A stretch of DNA of 64,000 nucleotides from Paraspadella gotoi (Eukaryota; Animalia; Chaetognatha), in the NCBI GenBank assembly GCA_051294375.1, contig CM119268.1:6915382-6979381 (forward strand), read 5' to 3'. Positions within the stretch are counted from its first letter, which is position 1. Each line of letters starts with the position of its first letter. This document shows, piece after piece, positions 1 through 13,268 of this stretch. The position numbers and the translations under genes were made by a program. The notes beneath the pieces are model-generated. The model was not told the origin of the DNA and did not search any database. It saw only the letters and a list, made by a program, of their open reading frames with translations.

Positions 1-1730
1 CGTCGATGCCGAGGAAAGGGAGGGAAGTAAAGTTGAGCGCCAGGCGCCTGGTCGAGCCTGTTAGGGGTACGAGGGAGGCGGATCGCGGGGGGGGGGGAGA
101 GGGAAAGAGAGAACGGTATTAAGCGTTGCTTGTTGTTGACTTTGCCGAGCCACGCCCCCTTCTTTTTTTTTTGTCAGCGTCTAAAGACCCGCGGTCTCGC
201 ATTCGAAAGTTGCCAACCACGCCGTTAGGTAAGGTAAACAAAGTTGAGTTAAAGAGGGTAAGGCGAAGGAAGGAAAAAAGGGAACGGGGAGTCGGGTGGG
301 TTTGGGTGAGAGTAGTTTTTAAGGCGAAGGTGGCTCGTGGGGTGGAGGAAGTTTTTTTTTTTTAATCGGCTGCGAGAAAGAAAAAAGGAAGAAGTTAAAA
401 ATAATAATAAAATTCATATTATGATTTAAATGACTTAATCTTTTACATATCTCATAATCTAGTAATGAGCCCAGGGAGCTTGACTACGAAATGACCCACG
501 AAACAAATTTGGAAAAATTATCTTGAATGTCCCTAAAATTGCAAGAGACAGCAAAGCGAGGAAAAAGATAAGGTGAAAGAAACTTAAGTCTTTGGTGAAG
601 AAAGATAATTCGAGGCGGGAAAATAAGAGAAGGAGAGCGAAAAGAAAGGAAAGAACAGGGCAAACGAAAAGCGAAAGAAAAGTAGAATAAAGAGGAGCAA
701 TAATAGCGAAGATGAGAAAAGTAAAGAGTAACGAACCCAAAAGAAGGAGAAGAGAGAGACAGAGAGAGTGATGTAAAAAGTAGAAAACGGGCCGAAATAT
801 GATGGGCGCAGCTGAAGGAATCGCGAGCCAATCGCTTCTCGGACGATCAACCCTTTTTTTTCTTTTCTCTCGTGACACACAGCCAGAGCCTGCCCTCTGC
901 TTTTTTTACTTTCTCTTTAACCCCCTCTGTGACCCACAGTCGCCACCGCCTCCCTGACCCACAGACGAAGCCTGCCCACCGCCCTTCCGTCTCTCTCTCT
1001 CTCTTCGGTCGTCGTGGTTACAAACTCGATTCTGTACTCAAGAGGCAATTTGTAGCCAGCAATACGTGCGGGTCAAAATTGCATATGAGAGGAAGACCGA
1101 AGCATTGGAATACAAAAAAAAGAAGTAATAACTAATATATTCTCAACAAAAGACCAAACACGACAGCAGACAAGCACTCGATACAACACACGCAAAATAT
1201 AGATAACATCAATCAATAAACAAAAATACGGTAAGCAAAATGTGGTGTTTTTATCCATATAAAATTCTATTTCAGATTCTTTCAAGCATATACATTTTAC
1301 ATTAACAGCGGAATACATAACGTCACAAAATTATTAAATTAAGAAACGTTTTCGAGTGTCTAAAATAATGTTTAATATGTGAACAAAATTTTTTTCGTTT
1401 TATTGATATTAGCTATCAGATATGGTTAAAAAGTCAGGGTAACCAAACTATTTTCTAAACGTACGAATATTTTGCCATCGCTTTCATCCAGCAAACCTCT
1501 CTTAAAACCTCATCGACTTATTTTACATTATTATCATTTTCTCGCACAATAACTTCCAGTTTCATTCTCATTCCATTCCCCCCTTCAACGCCCCCCCCTC
1601 TCTTGACGCCGAACCTTTTTTTTGGGTCGACGCGAAATTCAATAAAATTTACGATCTCGTAAAAACCGATTTCGTTCCGTCGAACGTAAATTAAATTCGA
1701 TTTATTCGATAAAAAGCGAAAAACGCGGAA

Positions 1731-1787
<57 letters not shown>
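1731..1787 (+). repeat. (GAC)n microsatellite
   Basis: Direct observation. Confidence 0.95.
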
Positions 1788-2032
1788 CATTAAGAGGAAT
1801 GTACTCTTTTCGATGGAGGAAAAAAAAAAGAAAATTATGAAAATAATTTGAATCAGTGCGCGTTTTAAAATTTAAGCTTATAAATATTGCGTGCTTCTCG
1901 CGTGTCTCTTTTCTTGTCTCGCTCTCACTCCATGTCTGCGTTCGTCTCTCTTTTCTCATCTCGAGAAAATAACTCTCAATTTCCATCCTACGTCCTTAGA
2001 CTAAACGACTCTCATCAAGACGACATTTACCT

Positions 2033-2091
<59 letters not shown>

Positions 2092-2839
2092 CTTAATCAC
2101 CGTGATCACCAGAACTTTCATCGTCACCATCATTAACACTTTCAGGTTTATCACAAGATCAGATTCTAAAACTCAGGACGTCTACTTCGAGTCTGAAATT
2201 GAACTCGATCGACGGCCGGACCAAAATATGGGCTGATGACAGACTGACCGACTATGGGAGAATTGTCTCGCAAACACGAAAAGTCAAAGACAAAAAAAAA
2301 ATCCGACTGTAATTAATTAGAAATAATTAAATATTATTATTATTATTTTAAACCTGAGATCTAGATAATTAGTTAAAAAGAATTAAGGAGTCAGGTTGTA
2401 TTAAAGAATGGATAGACCGAAAGAGATAGAGAAAATTTTTTTCTTTATTTATTTAACCTTCGAACAACGACTCAAGATTTGCGATTCTTAAACACATATT
2501 TGAATTCGAGATTGCATAATAAAAAAGCGGGATCGAAAGCTTCCATCTCCTGATTTACGCATATTTCCGAAATAAAAAGGACTACTTACTTTATTCAGAC
2601 CTCATTCCGTCTTATTTCTCCTAATTTTCGGCTCATTTTTCCTCTCGCTCTTAATTAGGCCTCATTTATAATCCGAATTTTTTTAGTTTTTCACAAAATG
2701 AAAAAAAATCTAGCGTTTATTCGTGGATAGAATTGCCCGCGAGTATATTAAATTAGGTCCTTATTATGCAATATAAATTTAAATTATTAAACAAAAGTGA
2801 AAAAACTAAATTTAATGCAAGAAAAATGGGGAAAAAAGG

Positions 2840-3205
2840 TTTTTATGAAAAAACTAATGCTTTAAAAATAGGACGTTCTGAAATCAAGCGAGATTTATCT
2901 TTTGGACCAATAAAAAAAAAAATAATGTTTGTTTAAAATGCTTAAAGGTTCATTAGCTGCTAGTTATAGGTCTGATGAAAACAACTTTATGACCAAAATT
3001 TCATTTGCATATTGCAGTATTTTTTTATGAAAAAACTAGTGCTTTAAAAATAGGAGGTTCTGAAATCAAGCGAGATCTATCTTTTGGACCAATAAAAAAA
3101 ATTAATGTTTGTTTAAAATGCTTAAAGGTTCATTAGCTGCTAGCTATAGGTCTGATGAAAAAAACTTTTATGACCAAAATTTCATTTGCATATTGCAGTA
3201 TTTTT
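2840..3205 (+). repeat. ~182 bp tandem duplication (2 copies)
   Basis: tttttatgaaaaaact..gctttaaaaatagga..gttctgaaatcaagcgagat...catttgcatattgcagtat occurs at 2840 and 3022. Confidence 0.85.
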
Positions 3206-4020
3206 TGTCTTTGTGCTAATAAAGAGATTTCGCGCAACATTAGGCTAATATTTTTCATTTTGGGCTTTTTTTAATTTTATTTTTTTTGAACTGCTGGGTT
3301 TTTTGAATGAATATAATCTAAAAAAAAAATATTAAGTTTCAAACTTAATTCTTTAGTTTTTAGACGTAGCGCCGGCAAAGAATCAATGGGTAATTCATTT
3401 ATACCGCAAAGCATAATTATTGTTACGGTTACCCTAGAGTCGGTATGACTCGAATTTCTGAAGACCCTTACTCGAGGGTTTAATACCTTGTGATATTAGT
3501 GAATATACCTAGAATATTATACTATGAAATTGGTACAACCAATATAAAAATTATCCATTCATTTAATAAATAAGCTATCTTGCCCCTGACTTTGGACAGG
3601 CTTTGGTGGTTTAAGGCCTCCATCACTCTTACAAGATAATGACATAGCAGGTCCCTGCAAGTTTTCAATCAAGACTCTTTCACAGTCTCGTTTATTCACT
3701 CCCAGAGTACCTGGCTTCCCTATTAATGAAGTGGAAAATATTTCAAAGAATGTTTCAATTGTATGAAAAGACCACTCGATATATTAAAGATAATCGTAGA
3801 TATCTAACATATCTGCGATAACTACTAACTTTCGGCGTGGGCATTATGTGCGAAAGATCATTAGGGAGAAAGAGTAGACATTGGTTTGCGGTACTACAAG
3901 GTCACACACGACAGCCCGCCGCTAAAAAAAATCGTATCTCTGTTTGTTATTTCGCAGTAAACTGTAAAAATTTATTACATCTTCCCTCAAATAAGTATGG
4001 TCAAACAAATTTTTCCACTA
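2840..4020 (+). mobile_element. Second, partial copy of the 7110-8240 family, with an internal insertion at ~3500-3930
   Basis: 3113-3496 aligns to 7116-7498, and 3940-4010 aligns to 7587-7650. Confidence 0.6.
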
Positions 4021-4267
4021 ACTTATATAATTGCTCTCGTTTCTTAGTCAATCCGACTTTCATAGTGACGAGTTCCCACTTTTTACTCTGCTTTGAAAAA
4101 ATAATTTCAAAAAAGTATGGAATTTGGAAGAAATTGCAAGATTTGCAGATTTTTTTCGGGGGAGAAAGAGATTTTCTCAACGTCGAGAAACGATTTAACC
4201 GAGAGAGCAAAAAAAAAAACCATCTTTCTCTTAAAAAATCCTTTTTTGTCATGTCTGAAAAACGGGG

Positions 4268-4374
<107 letters not shown>

Positions 4375-4926
4375 CGCTGGTATAAATCACCTGACGGACC
4401 CATAAAACGTTCTTATCGTGTGTGGAAGATGAAGTTCTTTATGGAGTGAGGATAACGAGTTGCGGAGGAATGACTGTATCTCTCTCTTTGGAAGAAAAGC
4501 CAGTCGGAGAACACTGTACTTTCTTTTTTTTTTTCTTTTGAGGACGGAGTACGGCTACCGAGGATCGCGTTTAAAGCGACGCGCGAGGTTTTTTTTTTTT
4601 TTTTTTTGGGCGCGGGTAGAAAACGATTTATGGGTACTGATTGGTTGAGGGAGGAGACAGCGTTGGGGGGGGGGGATTTGCCCAAGGAGGAGGGGCGGTA
4701 AAAGATGAGAGCGAGGTAATGGGAGAGTAATGGCGTAATGGAGAAGTAAGCCCGGTGGAACTATGATACCGACGAATACGTGAGAGGAATGGAAAAAACA
4801 AAAGAGGAGGAAAGGAATCGACCTTTGAGCGTCGATGGAAAGAAAAAAGTCTGGAACGGCGGTTGGGGAGGAATTGAGAGAGGTAAATGAAAGAGGAAAG
4901 GGGAGGAAAAAGAAAAGGAAGAGGAA

Positions 4927-5165
4927 AAAGAGAAGAGAGGTAATTCAAACTTGAAGGGAAAATAAAGAGAGAGGATGTGAGAAAGACAAGTAAAAAGAAT
5001 AAAGACAAGTTAAAAGAGAAGAGAGGAAATTCAAACTTGAAGGGAGAATAGAAATAGAGGATGTGAGAAAGACAAGTAAAGAGAATAAAGACAAGTTAAA
5101 AGAGAAGAGAGGAAAGTCAAACTTTAAGGGAATACAGAGATAGAGGAAGTGAGAAAGACAAGTAG
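4927..5165 (+). repeat. ~86 bp purine-rich minisatellite, about 3 units
   Basis: aagagaagagagg.aa.tcaaactt.aaggga...gagga.gtgagaaagacaagta occurs at ~4927, 5013 and 5099. Confidence 0.85.
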
Positions 5166-5423
5166 GAAGGAGAGAGAGGAAGAGAGAACGTATGAAAACG
5201 AATGATAGGGGAATGAATAAAAAACAAAAAAAGATAGAAATGATCGAAAAAATGGAGAGTGAAGAAAGGTAAGTAAGAAAACGGGGTAAGGAAAAGAAAG
5301 CTGAGGGAGACAAGATGAAGAAAGACACTCAAGATAGCGGAAAAGCGAGTGAAGAAGCAACGAGGAAAAGATTGTGAATAAGGGAAGGAAAGAGGTTCAC
5401 GCGGTACGAATGGGACATCGGTG

Positions 5424-5514
<91 letters not shown>

Positions 5515-5623
5515 CGTTCCGCGAATGAAGTTTTGGCTCCGCAAAAAAGGAATGGTTAGAAAAAAGACATTAAATGATTATCAATATTCGATCGATCCAT
5601 TAACCACGACAAACGGACCATAA

Positions 5624-5732
<109 letters not shown>

Positions 5733-6020
5733 GTTTTTTCTTTCGTCTCAGAGACCCGTTTTAATTTCTTTCACTCTCTACTGCAGGAAAATTTATATCA
5801 AAAAAAGAGAAAAAAAATTGATGTATTCGTAAGAAAAAAAGGGAAATGGCACTTTGCGACGAGACACGACGACACGAGACGACGACGACGACGACACGAC
5901 GACGACGCGTGAAAAAAAAACGAATATAATGCTATCTCCATCTACATCCAGGTAATGGTGCACGTGAGAAAGAAGATATAAAAAAAAATTTCACATGCTT
6001 TTTATATTTCTCTTCTCTCT

Positions 6021-6088
<68 letters not shown>

Positions 6089-6377
6089 CGTTTCTCATCA
6101 ATTCTCGAATATGTTTTGGAAGATTCAAAGCGCCCGACGTCGACGGCGACGACAAAACAAAACAAAACTTTTTCCATTTTCTCCTCTTTTGTTTTGAAGA
6201 GAAAAAAAAAGTTTAAAATCTTTAAAATCGTTTTTCCCAGATTTTGAATATGGATTTTTAAAAATTAAAGTAAATAGTTTTAAAGAAGAAAGAATGAAAG
6301 GAAATCATATTAATCGTGAATTTTAATTCACAACCATCATCATTGTGATCACGATAATGAATATGTAGAATATAAAA

Positions 6378-6420
6378 GAAATAATAAATAAATAAAATAA
6401 TAAATAAAAGATTAATAAAA

Positions 6421-6471
<51 letters not shown>

Positions 6472-6548
6472 ATTAAATAAATAAATAAATAATAAATAAT
6501 AAATAAAAAAATAAATAATAAATAAACACTAAATAAATAATTAAATAA
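6378..6548 (+). repeat. (AAAT)n microsatellite
   Basis: Direct observation. Confidence 0.9.
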
Positions 6549-6788
6549 CCAAATTTCTAATAGCGAAACCATTTCCAAAAAAAAAAGGACATTCACCCCA
6601 ACGAATTCATCACAAATCACTTTACCAAAATAGAAAGAAAAAAAAGAAGGAAATTTCCCCCCCCCCACTCTCCCGACATCGCGACGAATCTCATTTGTCT
6701 TCCTTCATTTCACGGATGCTCATCTGTTTTTTTTTCCTTCGCTTCACCGAAAAAAAAAGAAAGAAAAAGAAAGAAAGAAAAAACTCAC

Positions 6789-6905
6789 CCGCGATCTGAG
6801 CCGGGATCGTCGCCACTTTCCTTCCCAAACAAAGGACGGTCGAGTTGCCGTCGTCGCAGCAGAATTCAGCCACCAGATGTCCCGCGCACTTCAGCGTCGG
6901 ATACA
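6789..6905 (-). CDS. Candidate internal exon (117 nt, phase 1-1) encoding an LRRNT-like cysteine cap: YPTLKCAGHLVAEFCCDDGNSTVLCLGRKVATIPAQIA
   Basis: GC-rich island in AT-rich DNA; acceptor ..tttcccccccgtgaag| and strong donor G|gtgagttt; TVLCLGRKVATIPAQI fits the V-x-C-x4-(L/V)-x2-IP-x2-I pattern of LRR N-terminal caps. Confidence 0.6.
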
Positions 6906-7109
6906 CTTCACGGGGGGGAAATTTACGAATGTTTTAGCAGAAAAAAAAAAATGACTGACGAAATGAAATATTTGATGAGGGGTTCGAATGGATGAATGAA
7001 TGAATGAATAAAAGAGAGAATAATTTTAAATGAAGAAATTAATAATATATGAATGAAGAAAAAAAATCAATAAAGCGACATTTCTCTTTTGTTCCATTAC
7101 AAAATTATA

Positions 7110-8240
7110 GTTTTTTTAAAATGCTTAAAGGTTCATTAGCTGCTCGTTAAAAATCCGATGAAAACAACATTTATGATCAAAATGTCATTTGCATATTGCA
7201 GTATTTCCCCTCTAGTTGATAATTAACAGCGTTCTTGTAATATTAGACTAATGTTTTTTATTTTGGGTTTTTAAATTTTTCTTATTTTAAAACCTCTTGA
7301 TTTTTTGAATGATTGTAATCTGAAAATAATAATATCAAGTTTTGAACTTAATTCTTTAGTAATTAGATGAAGCGCCGGCAAAGAATCAATGGTAATTCAT
7401 CAATTCCTCAATGCGAAATAAATGCTACGGTTACCCTAGAGTCGGTATGACTCGAATTTCTGTAGACCCTTACTCGAGGGTTTAAAACCTTGTGATATCT
7501 GCGTATGCACCCATTCTATGGTTTTATCTGTGAATTATAAATAGTTACCACAAATATGTTACGTGTGAAAGATTGCCGTACAATTGCTGTTTGTTATTTT
7601 GCGATAAACTGTAAAAATTTCAGACATCTTTTTACAAATAAGCAAGGTTAAAATTTTTTTTTTCACTAGAGGGACTGGAAGTGTTTGCCGAATTTTTAAT
7701 TTTCCTATTATCTGCCGAAAAAAACATAAGGAATTCGAAATAAAAAGGAAGGCAACTACTTGTAAAATACATAAGTCGCCAAAGCTTTTTCTAGTTTAAA
7801 TAACTTTTGTAGCTTTTAGTTTGAAAATCATAAAAATAAAGTATATATGTATATTAAAAATATGCTTTTTCTGATTCAAATTGAGTGTAATATGATTAGA
7901 AAGGTAGGAGTGAGGAATGAAAAAAAAAGAGGTATATGAAAACTTTTCAAACCCTCTAGTAAGGGTATTCAAAATTCGAGTCATACCGACCCTAGGGTAA
8001 CCGGTAACACACATATCGCTTTGAGAATAGATGAATTACATTGATTCTTTGCCGGCGCTTCATCTAATACTAAAGAATTAAGTTCAAAACATGATATTAT
8101 TACTTTCGGATTTACAATCATCCAAAAAACCAATACATTTAAAAAAAAAAAATTTAAAAAGTCCAAATAAAAACATTAGTCAATGTTGCATGAATGCTCT
8201 TAATTAGCAGTTGATAGGAAAATACTGCAATATGCAAATA
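7110..8240. mobile_element. Element with ~300 bp inverted arms (7186-7487 vs 7950-8238) and ~460 bp spacer
   Basis: ggttaccctagagtcggtatgactcgaattt..acccttactcgaggg (7429-7480) is the near reverse complement of 7952-8003; tttgcatattgcagtattt pairs with aaatactgcaatatgcaaa. Confidence 0.65.
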
Positions 8241-9804
8241 AATAAGTTTTAATATTGAAAAATTTTATTTGAAGCACTGTNNNNNNNNNNNNNNNNNNNN
8301 NNNNNTAGACTAATGTTTTTTATTTTGGACTTTTTAAATTTTTTTTTTTTAAATGTATTGGTTTTTTGGATGATTGTAATCCGAAAGTAATAATATCATG
8401 TTTTGAACTTAATTCTTTAGTAATTAGATGAAGCGCCGGTTTTCAAACCCTCTAGTAAGGGTATTCAAAATTCGAGTCATACCGACCCTAGGGTAACCGG
8501 TAACACACATATCGCTTTGAGAATAGATGAATTACATTGATTCTTTGNNNNNNNNNNNNNNNNNNNNNNNNNNNNNNNNNNNNNNNNNNNNNNNNNNNNN
8601 NNNNNNNNNNNNNNNNNNNNNNNNNNNNNNNNNNNNNNNNNNNNNNNNNNNNNNNNNNNNNNNNNNNNNNNNNNNNNNNNNNNNNNNNNNNNNNNNNNNN
8701 NNNNNNNNNNNNNNNNNNNNNNNNTTCCTTCTCGCATTCTCGAGTTCTTTCTCCTATCGTTCTTCCTCCTTATTCCTTTCTTCCTCGTTCCTCTTCCGAT
8801 TCCATCCGTTCTCACGGTTCCGATCGGCGTCCCGCTTCTGAAAAAAGGGGGGAGAGGGTGTGGCATTGGTAAGGTAAGATAAGATCAAGATTATTCGGGT
8901 GCGGGGTGAATTTCGGGGAAAGCAAAACAATCTCTCTGTGAATTTGATAATCTCAATTTCTAACGGCATCTCTCACCTCCTGTTCTCTCACAGAATTTAA
9001 CGACATTCACAACCAATNNNNNNNNNNNNNNNNNNNNNNNNNNNNNNNNNNNNNNNNNNNNNNNNNNNNNNNNNNNNNNNNNNNNNNNNNNNNNNNNNNN
9101 NNNNNNNNNNNNNNNNNNNNNNNNNNNNNNNNNNNNNNNNNNNNNNNNNNNNNNNNNNNNNNNNNNNNNNNNNNNNNNNNNNNNNNNNNNNNNNNNNNNN
9201 NNNNNNNNNNNNNNNNNNNNNNNNNNNNNNNNNNNNNNNNNNNNNNNNNNNNNNNNNNNNNNNNNNNNNNNNNNNNNNNNNNNNNNNNNNNNNNNNNNNN
9301 NNNNNNNNNNNNNNNNNNNNNNCAACAACAACAACAAAAACAACAACGACGACAGTCAGACCGAAAGAAAAGGAGAGCAAAGCGGAAGACTCCAGTCGCC
9401 CACTCCACTCCTCTGCTTAATGGAGCGACTCTTCACTCCTCTTCTTCGCTTCCTTCTTCAAAAACAAATCTTCCATCTTACAAAGCAGATGTTAGCCGCT
9501 TGCCGACGCCCGCAGACGCCCGCAGACTCGCGCCGAAAACATTACGGCCAATGTTAGCCTTTCTGCGATTAACGCCGAGCCGTTAGTTACTAATTTTGTT
9601 TTTGTTTTGTTTTCGTTATTTTTTTTTTCGCGTTTCATTATGAGTCATAATTAGACCGAGTTGGAAGTTAATGGACGGATAATTATACTTTTGACCCGGG
9701 AAGTTAAAGAGAGAAAACATAAGCGTTTAAAACAGTAAACGGTCAAACTTAAAACGCACTTAAGACTGTTTGGCTTTGCACATTTTCCGACAAGAAAAAC
9801 TCAC

Positions 9805-9885
9805 TTGCTCCTTTGTCTGTTCGATTCGGCGGATCTCCTGTAGAGGGCGCGATCCTTTGTTTGGATTTCCTCGAAGTCGTTTGAC
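9805..9885 (-). CDS. Candidate internal exon (81 nt)
   Basis: Strong acceptor ttttgtttttcacag| and donor caa|gtgagttt. Length is a multiple of 3 and all three frames are open. The phase-1 reading QTTSRKSKQRIAPSTGDPPNRTDKGA splices in frame to 6905-6789. Confidence 0.55.
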
Positions 9886-11292
9886 CTGTGAAAAACAAAA
9901 GGAAACTCAACATGAGATTTCTTTTGTTGGCGTGATAGTCTTTTTCTCTGTTTNNNNNNNNNNNNNNNNNNNNNNNNNNNNNNNNNNNNNNNNNNNNNNN
10001 NNNNNNNNNNNNNNNNNNNNNNNNNNNNNNNNNNNNNNNNNNNNNNNNNNNNNNNNNNNNNNNNNNNNNNNNNNNNNNNNNNNNNNNNNNNNNNNNNNNN
10101 NNNNNNNNNNNNNNNNNNNNNNNNNNNNNNNNNNNNNNNNNNNNNNNNNNNNNNNNNNNNNNNNNNNNNNNNNNNNNNNNNNNNNNNNNNNNNNNNNNNN
10201 NNNNNNNNNNNNNNNNNNNNNNNNNNNNNNNNNNNNNNNNNNNNNNNNNNNNNNNNNNNNNNNNNNNNNNNNNNNNNNNNNNNNNNNNNNNNNNNNNNNN
10301 NNNNNNNNNNNNNNNNNNNNNNNNNNNNNNNNNNNNNNNNNNNNNNNNNNNNNNNNNNNNNNNNNNNNNNNNNNNNNNNNNNNNNNNNNNNNNNNNNNNN
10401 NNNNNNNNNNNNNNNNNNNNNNNNNNNNNNNNNNNNNNNNNNNNNNNNNNNNNNNNNNNNNNNNNNNNNNNNNNNNNNNNNNNNNNNNNNNNNNNNNNNN
10501 NNNNNNNNNNNNNNNNNNNNNNNNNNNNNNNNNNNNNNNNNNNNNNNNNNNNNNNNNNNNNNNNNNNNNNNNNNNNNNNNNNNNNNNNNNNNNNNNNNNN
10601 NNNNNNNNNNNNNNNNNNNNNNNNNNNNNNNNNNNNNNNNNNNNNNNNNNNNNNNNNNNNNNNNNNNNNNNNNNNNNNNNNNNNNNNNNNNNNNNNNNNN
10701 NNNNNNNNNNNNNNNNNNNNNNNNNNNNNNNNNNNNNNNNNNNNNNNNNNNNNNNNNNNNNNNNNNNNNNNNNNNNNNNNNNNNNNNNNNNNNNNNNNNN
10801 NNNNNNNNNNNNNNNNNNNNNNNNNNNNNNNNNNNNNNNNNNNNNNNNNNNNNNNNNNNNNNNNNNNNNNNNNNNNNCAAACAATCGTTAAAGGATCCTG
10901 GAAGCAGCGAAGGCTGGAGACGGTGTTTTCCAAAGCGGATTTACGAAAAACATTAAAAGCTAATAATCGCTTCTATTTTCGCAGNNNNNNNNNNNNNNNN
11001 NNNNNNNNNNNNNNNNNNNNNNNNNNNNNNNNNNNNNNNNNNNNNNNNNNNNNNNNNNNNNNNNNNNNNNNNNNNNNNNNNNNNNNNNNNNNNNNNNNNN
11101 NNNNNNNNNNNNNNNNNNNNNNNNNNNNNNNNNNNNNNNNNNNNNNNNNNNNNNNNNNNNNNNNNNNNNNNNNNNNNNNNNNNNNNNNNNNNNNNNNNNN
11201 NNNNNNNNNNNNNNNNNNNNNNNNNNNNNNNNNNNNNNNNNNNNNNNNNNNNNNNNNNNNNNNNNNNNNNNNNNNNNNNNNNNNNNNNNNNN

Positions 11293-11325
<33 letters not shown>

Positions 11326-11447
11326 AGTGGGGAAAGGTGAAACCTGGAAGAATCTTGGGAGTGGAATTTTATCCTGAGAAAATGAAAAGATAGAACTAAT
11401 TTCAAGAAATGCGAGAAGGAGAAAATAGAAAGAAAGAAAAAAAGAAA

Positions 11448-11449
11448 AA

Positions 11450-11511
<62 letters not shown>
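11448..11511 (+). repeat. (AAAG)n microsatellite
   Basis: Direct observation. Confidence 0.9.
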
Positions 11512-11512
<1 letters not shown>

Positions 11513-12158
11513 TAAGCTAGAAATAGAAAATGATAAAAATACAGAGAAGTCGTCAGATCATCAACACGAAGAGAGAAAACAAACTGAGAATCGAATAAGA
11601 AAAGAAAAGTGGAATTTCTTCTTTTCTTTCTTCTTTTTTTCCCTTTCTATTATTTTATTGTTTATGGAAATATTTACGACGGAGTTCGCGAGGGCGAAAG
11701 TTGCCCGTTCCGCCCGACAAAAGAAATTCGCACGACACGTCGGTCTCAACGCTTTTTGTCGGGCGTCGGCCTGAGAAATCCCTCTCATTGAGTTTCACAT
11801 AATTTATAGAGCTTGTTTGGTTCTAAAAAAAGAAATTTTTGTTTCCTTCAGAAAACAGGCGAGAACATAATGTGAGAATAAACCTACACAAGAATGAATA
11901 AAAAAATAATAACATCGACAGGGATGACATGGAATGGCTTCAAAATGGAATTGGAACATAATGTTTTGTGGAACGAAATGAAATCGAAAAAAAATACTAC
12001 AAAGAAACATCGACGAATTTCGAGCAGACGATTTGGATTTCAATTTCGAAACCGTTTTAAACTCGAAACAGGACGAGTATCCTCTATGCGATTTGGAAAA
12101 AAAGACGAAGCAAAAGTCGCAATTTTATATTCGTTGCTTCGGTTGATAAGCATCTCAC

Positions 12159-12300
12159 TATCTAGAGTCAAAAGATCGTATTCGTCTTTGACGTCGTCGT
12201 TACTGTCGTCGTCGTCGTCGTCGTCGTCGCTCGTTGCGATGGTGGATGCTTCGTCGTCAGCTCCGTTCGCCGCCTTTTGACTGGTTTGATCTTCCAAAAA
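12159..12300 (-). CDS. Candidate exon (142 nt, phase 0-1), acidic poly-Asp segment FLEDQTSQKAANGADDEASTIATSDDDDDDDDSNDDVKDEYDLLTLD
   Basis: Pyrimidine tract plus tag acceptor (tttctcttattctgaagtag|), donor ata|gtgaga. The exit phase is compatible with the 9885-9805 exon. Confidence 0.35.
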
Positions 12301-12840
12301 CTACTTCAGAATAAGAGAAACCGAAGCTGAGGAAAAGGGGGAGAGAGGCAGACAGAGAGACATAAAGAGAGGGGAGAAGAACCGGGAAGCCAGAGCGTCA
12401 GAGAGACCCCGGACCACCTGACCGGACAAGAGAGAGCATGGGGAGAGAGAGACGTCAACATCGACCTTAGACGTTGGCATTTTTTCTTGATCTCAGAAAA
12501 TGTAAAAAAATTGTGACAAGACGACGAAAGACTACAGCTGCGATTGTGACAAAATCCGATAATCTTTTTATACATTGGAACATAAATTATATATGAATCT
12601 ATATTTTCTACCAAAAAGACAAGTTTTAGAAAATATTGCTCGCCGGCTGCGCATACTTTAAACAAGGAACAAGAAAAAAACTAAAGATTTTTTAAGTAAA
12701 CAACATTTCCACCTAAAAGTTAGCGCAAAATAAAAACGGAACAAAAAGCGAGGACAAAAAATCTGATGCGATATTTAAATATTTATATATGATATTGATA
12801 AATATAAATTATAAACGCCGTTAAAAAACATAAAATTATT

Positions 12841-13268
12841 AAAACAAGAACGGTAATTCAAATATGTTGCGCCGCAGTGACTGCCTTATAACGTGTATTT
12901 CTAGTGATATGACATGACATGACATGATAGGACATGACGTGACATAACATGACTACCTGGCTATAATAACTTTCTTAGCCCGTATATTTATAACATTTAT
13001 GCATTTATGCATTTATGCATTTATGCGTTTATGTATTTATGCATCAAAATTCTGTCTTTTATTTCTTCTAGTTTTAGGATTTACTGAAGGCGGCGCTGAC
13101 AGTCCCTTAGATTTGAGGTTTTTTTCTGTCTTAACAAAAGAGCAACCAACTATAGGCAAATAATATGCATTTTTAAGGTAAGTGGGACAGACCGACGGAC
13201 CGACCGACAGACCGACCGAAAAGTGACTTATCGAGTTGCTCCGCGAGTACTCGCGGCGCAACTAAAAA
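12841..13268 (-). mobile_element. Helentron-associated / DINE-1-like non-autonomous element (HINE), copy 1
   Basis: 30 bp palindrome AGTTGCTCCGCGAGT-ACTCGCGGCGCAACT (13234-13263) next to a (GACC/GACA)n microsatellite (GTCY on the minus strand); subterminal inverted repeat GTTGCGCCGC (12866-12875) / GCGGCGCAAC (13253-13262); T-rich ends; internal (gacat)n and (atttatgc)n. Confidence 0.7.

Noticed and set aside
8306-8547. Additional independent element copies
   Set aside because: They are near-identical echoes (one inverted, one direct) of 7945-8180, bounded by gaps; most likely assembly artefacts.
8477-11405. Long ORFs of up to 394 aa
   Set aside because: They consist mostly of N gaps (X residues).
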